Assembly (NCBI GenBank): GCA_965637545.1
Contig: OZ281501.1
Span: 15,252,001 to 15,316,000, forward strand
DNA: 64,000 bases
Reading direction: 5' to 3'
From: Phallusia mammillata
Lineage: Eukaryota
In this document: positions 62,231 through 64,000 of the stretch, one piece after another
Layout of the letters: every line of letters starts with the position of its first letter
Position numbering within the stretch: the stretch's first letter is position 1
Program-made: the position numbers and the translations under genes
The notes under the pieces: model-generated
What the model was told of the DNA's origin: nothing
The model's input: only the letters and a program-made list of their open reading frames with translations
Database searches by the model: none

Positions 62231-63209
62231 TGGGTGGTATAGCTGCCTGTTAGGAACTTCTTGGTGCTGGCATTGCCGAGTCTGAAGGTTAGTAATAGAA
62301 GACAGCTTGACCAATTAAGTCGCCAATTTAGCAACTGTTTTCTTTTCGTCGTTTGATCCTTTATTCCCGGGGTCGACAACCTTTTTTGTACTTCCGGGGC
62401 AGTGTTTGAAGCAAAGTGGTATTTTTAACCTAAAAGCAGGGTAATACACAGCAAACTTGCTTACCGCAGTAGGTTGTTCTTGCGATAGAATGACTCTGTT
62501 TTCCCCCTTGCATACTATAGAATAATTATATCCTTTTGGTCAGTGCACTGTAACGTCGAAGTTTAGATGGCTATATTGTACAGGCGACAAGCAGCAATAA
62601 TAAGGTCTTAATCAACTAAGTGAGAAAACTAGAGGGTTATGGAAACTTTAAACCAGGGTATGGATCAGACGTTTGGAATCAATGGATAAAAAAATTTCAA
62701 ATATAGTTTTATTTTCAACCATCTGCCTCGCTTTGCCTGGAGATCACATAAAAACCGAATAAGAAATATTTCTTGTCGAGGCAAGTTTTAGTGACAATTA
62801 CATTTTCAGAAGTTTGCTTTGAGCAAAATACACCTTCAAAAAGAGCAAAGAGACATTAATGCACATACAACTGAAACACTAACTATGGAACAAGAAAATT
62901 CTAATTTCAAATTAATTTCCAGAATCATTGAGGGTGCATTAAAACTATAATTACAAAGAAGAAACATTACAAAGTCTTAACAAATTGTTTAAAAAGTTTG
63001 ATGCTACAAATCTATGTATATTTACAAACCTAATTAATATATTTGTATGACATTCATCGGATAAAATTAACACACAAATTTTGGTAAACAAGGCGATTAA
63101 CAAAACAAAAACGTTGAAAACAAGATGAGTATATTTTGAGTAAACTTTTTCGAGTTTGTTTACAAAATTGCCCCGATGTGTAAACAGCAATTATGGCTGC
63201 CACACATAT

Positions 63210-63377
63210 TTAGGGATTATCATTCATCGTGGATTCAATCCAACTTTGGAACTTGGAAACTTCTGTGTAAAATGAAGGAAACACAAATCCTTTTCTGTCA
63301 ACGTGAGCACATCTGTAGCCAAAGCTGACAATTCCAACTTGAATCCAACATGATTCGCCGGTGTTCGGGTTGTTGTA
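63210..63377 (-). CDS. Gene D: last protease exon of a fourth paralog (rest lies beyond the window)
   Basis: tttaaAG|[55 protein letters not shown]. 168 nt, as in A and B. Confidence 0.92.
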   Translation of the reverse strand, partial: YNNPNTGESCWIQVGIVSFGYRCAHVDRKGFVFPSFYTEVSKFQSWIESTMNDNP

Positions 63378-63710
63378 CTTTAAACAATGTTTGTTATGTT
63401 TGTTTACTTGCATTGGTGCAATTAGAACAGCGCATGCTATGAAAGCAAAGCACACATTTCAGCGCATCTTATTCTGTACCCTTGCCAATCAATTTAAAAG
63501 ATAAAGGCAAATACAAAGGTATTGTGATGTTTTATGCCACAGACAATATGGAATTTACATTGGACACAGTGTCACGTTTTTTCTCAAACGAATGAGGCCT
63601 TAAAAGTAAAGTCCTGTCAATTATTTGACAGTAAAGTGGTGTCAATGAAAAAATCATTCAAAATATCCGTAAAACACATTTAAATCCTTTACACCAGTGG
63701 ATGGTTTAAA

Positions 63711-64000
63711 GCAGTAGTTCTCAAACTGTGCGTCGCGACGCCCTGATACGTCGTTTCAATTTTCCAAGGGCGTCGCAGAATAGTTGCGTTTCGTGGCTGA
63801 ACTCAGTTTATCTCATAAAAATTAGGTTAATACGTTCAGTGCGGTTGACGTATATGTACGTCCAAAGACGTTTTGCGTAGAATATGTATTGACGTTAAAT
63901 TACGTTCTTGATCAAAAATGCTGCTGCCCGTTAATGTACGTCGAGACCAAAAGCCCATGCAGCAAGTGCGTGATCGGCGCGTGTCTGGGGCGACGCTTGG
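63711..64000. mobile_element. Left end of a probable hAT MITE
   Basis: CAGTAGTTCTCAAACTGTGCGTCGCGACGCCC resembles the other CAG-terminal MITEs. Other end not in the window. Confidence 0.5.

Noticed and set aside
1-64000. rRNA, tRNA, prokaryotic operons or defence systems
   Set aside because: None recognisable; the content is spliceosomal-intron genes and eukaryotic transposons.

Overview
Eukaryotic, AT-rich, intron-rich animal DNA, probably an invertebrate chordate such as an ascidian (inferred from gene content only). There is a 200-N assembly gap at 36671-36870. The window is dominated by a head-to-tail, minus-strand cluster of at least four paralogous complement factor B/C2-lineage serine proteases, reconstructed exon by exon by hand. 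Copies A, B and C share one 7-exon protease cassette with identical intron positions and phases but carry different N-terminal modules. A (8239-22711): signal-LDLa-WAP-CCP-WAP-CCP*-CCP-CCP*-vWA-protease, where * marks a damaged exon. B (26359-52548): CCPx5-MAM-EGF-CCPx3-WAP-CCP-protease, with no signal exon of its own. C (53139-57395): signal-WAP-CCP-CCP-protease. D: only the last exon (63210-63377) is in the window. The protease uses an AGY serine codon, lacks the C42-C58 disulfide, keeps a canonical R-(V/L)xxG activation site, and has a different S1 pocket in each copy. B's array starts about 590 bp after C's stop codon, which suggests a MASP1/3-like single gene with alternative protease cassettes (inference). 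The rest is transposon-derived: a ~190-bp palindromic satellite hit repeatedly by hAT MITEs, two Penelope-like elements with hammerhead-ribozyme motifs, a decayed BEL/Pao element and two hAT transposase copies.
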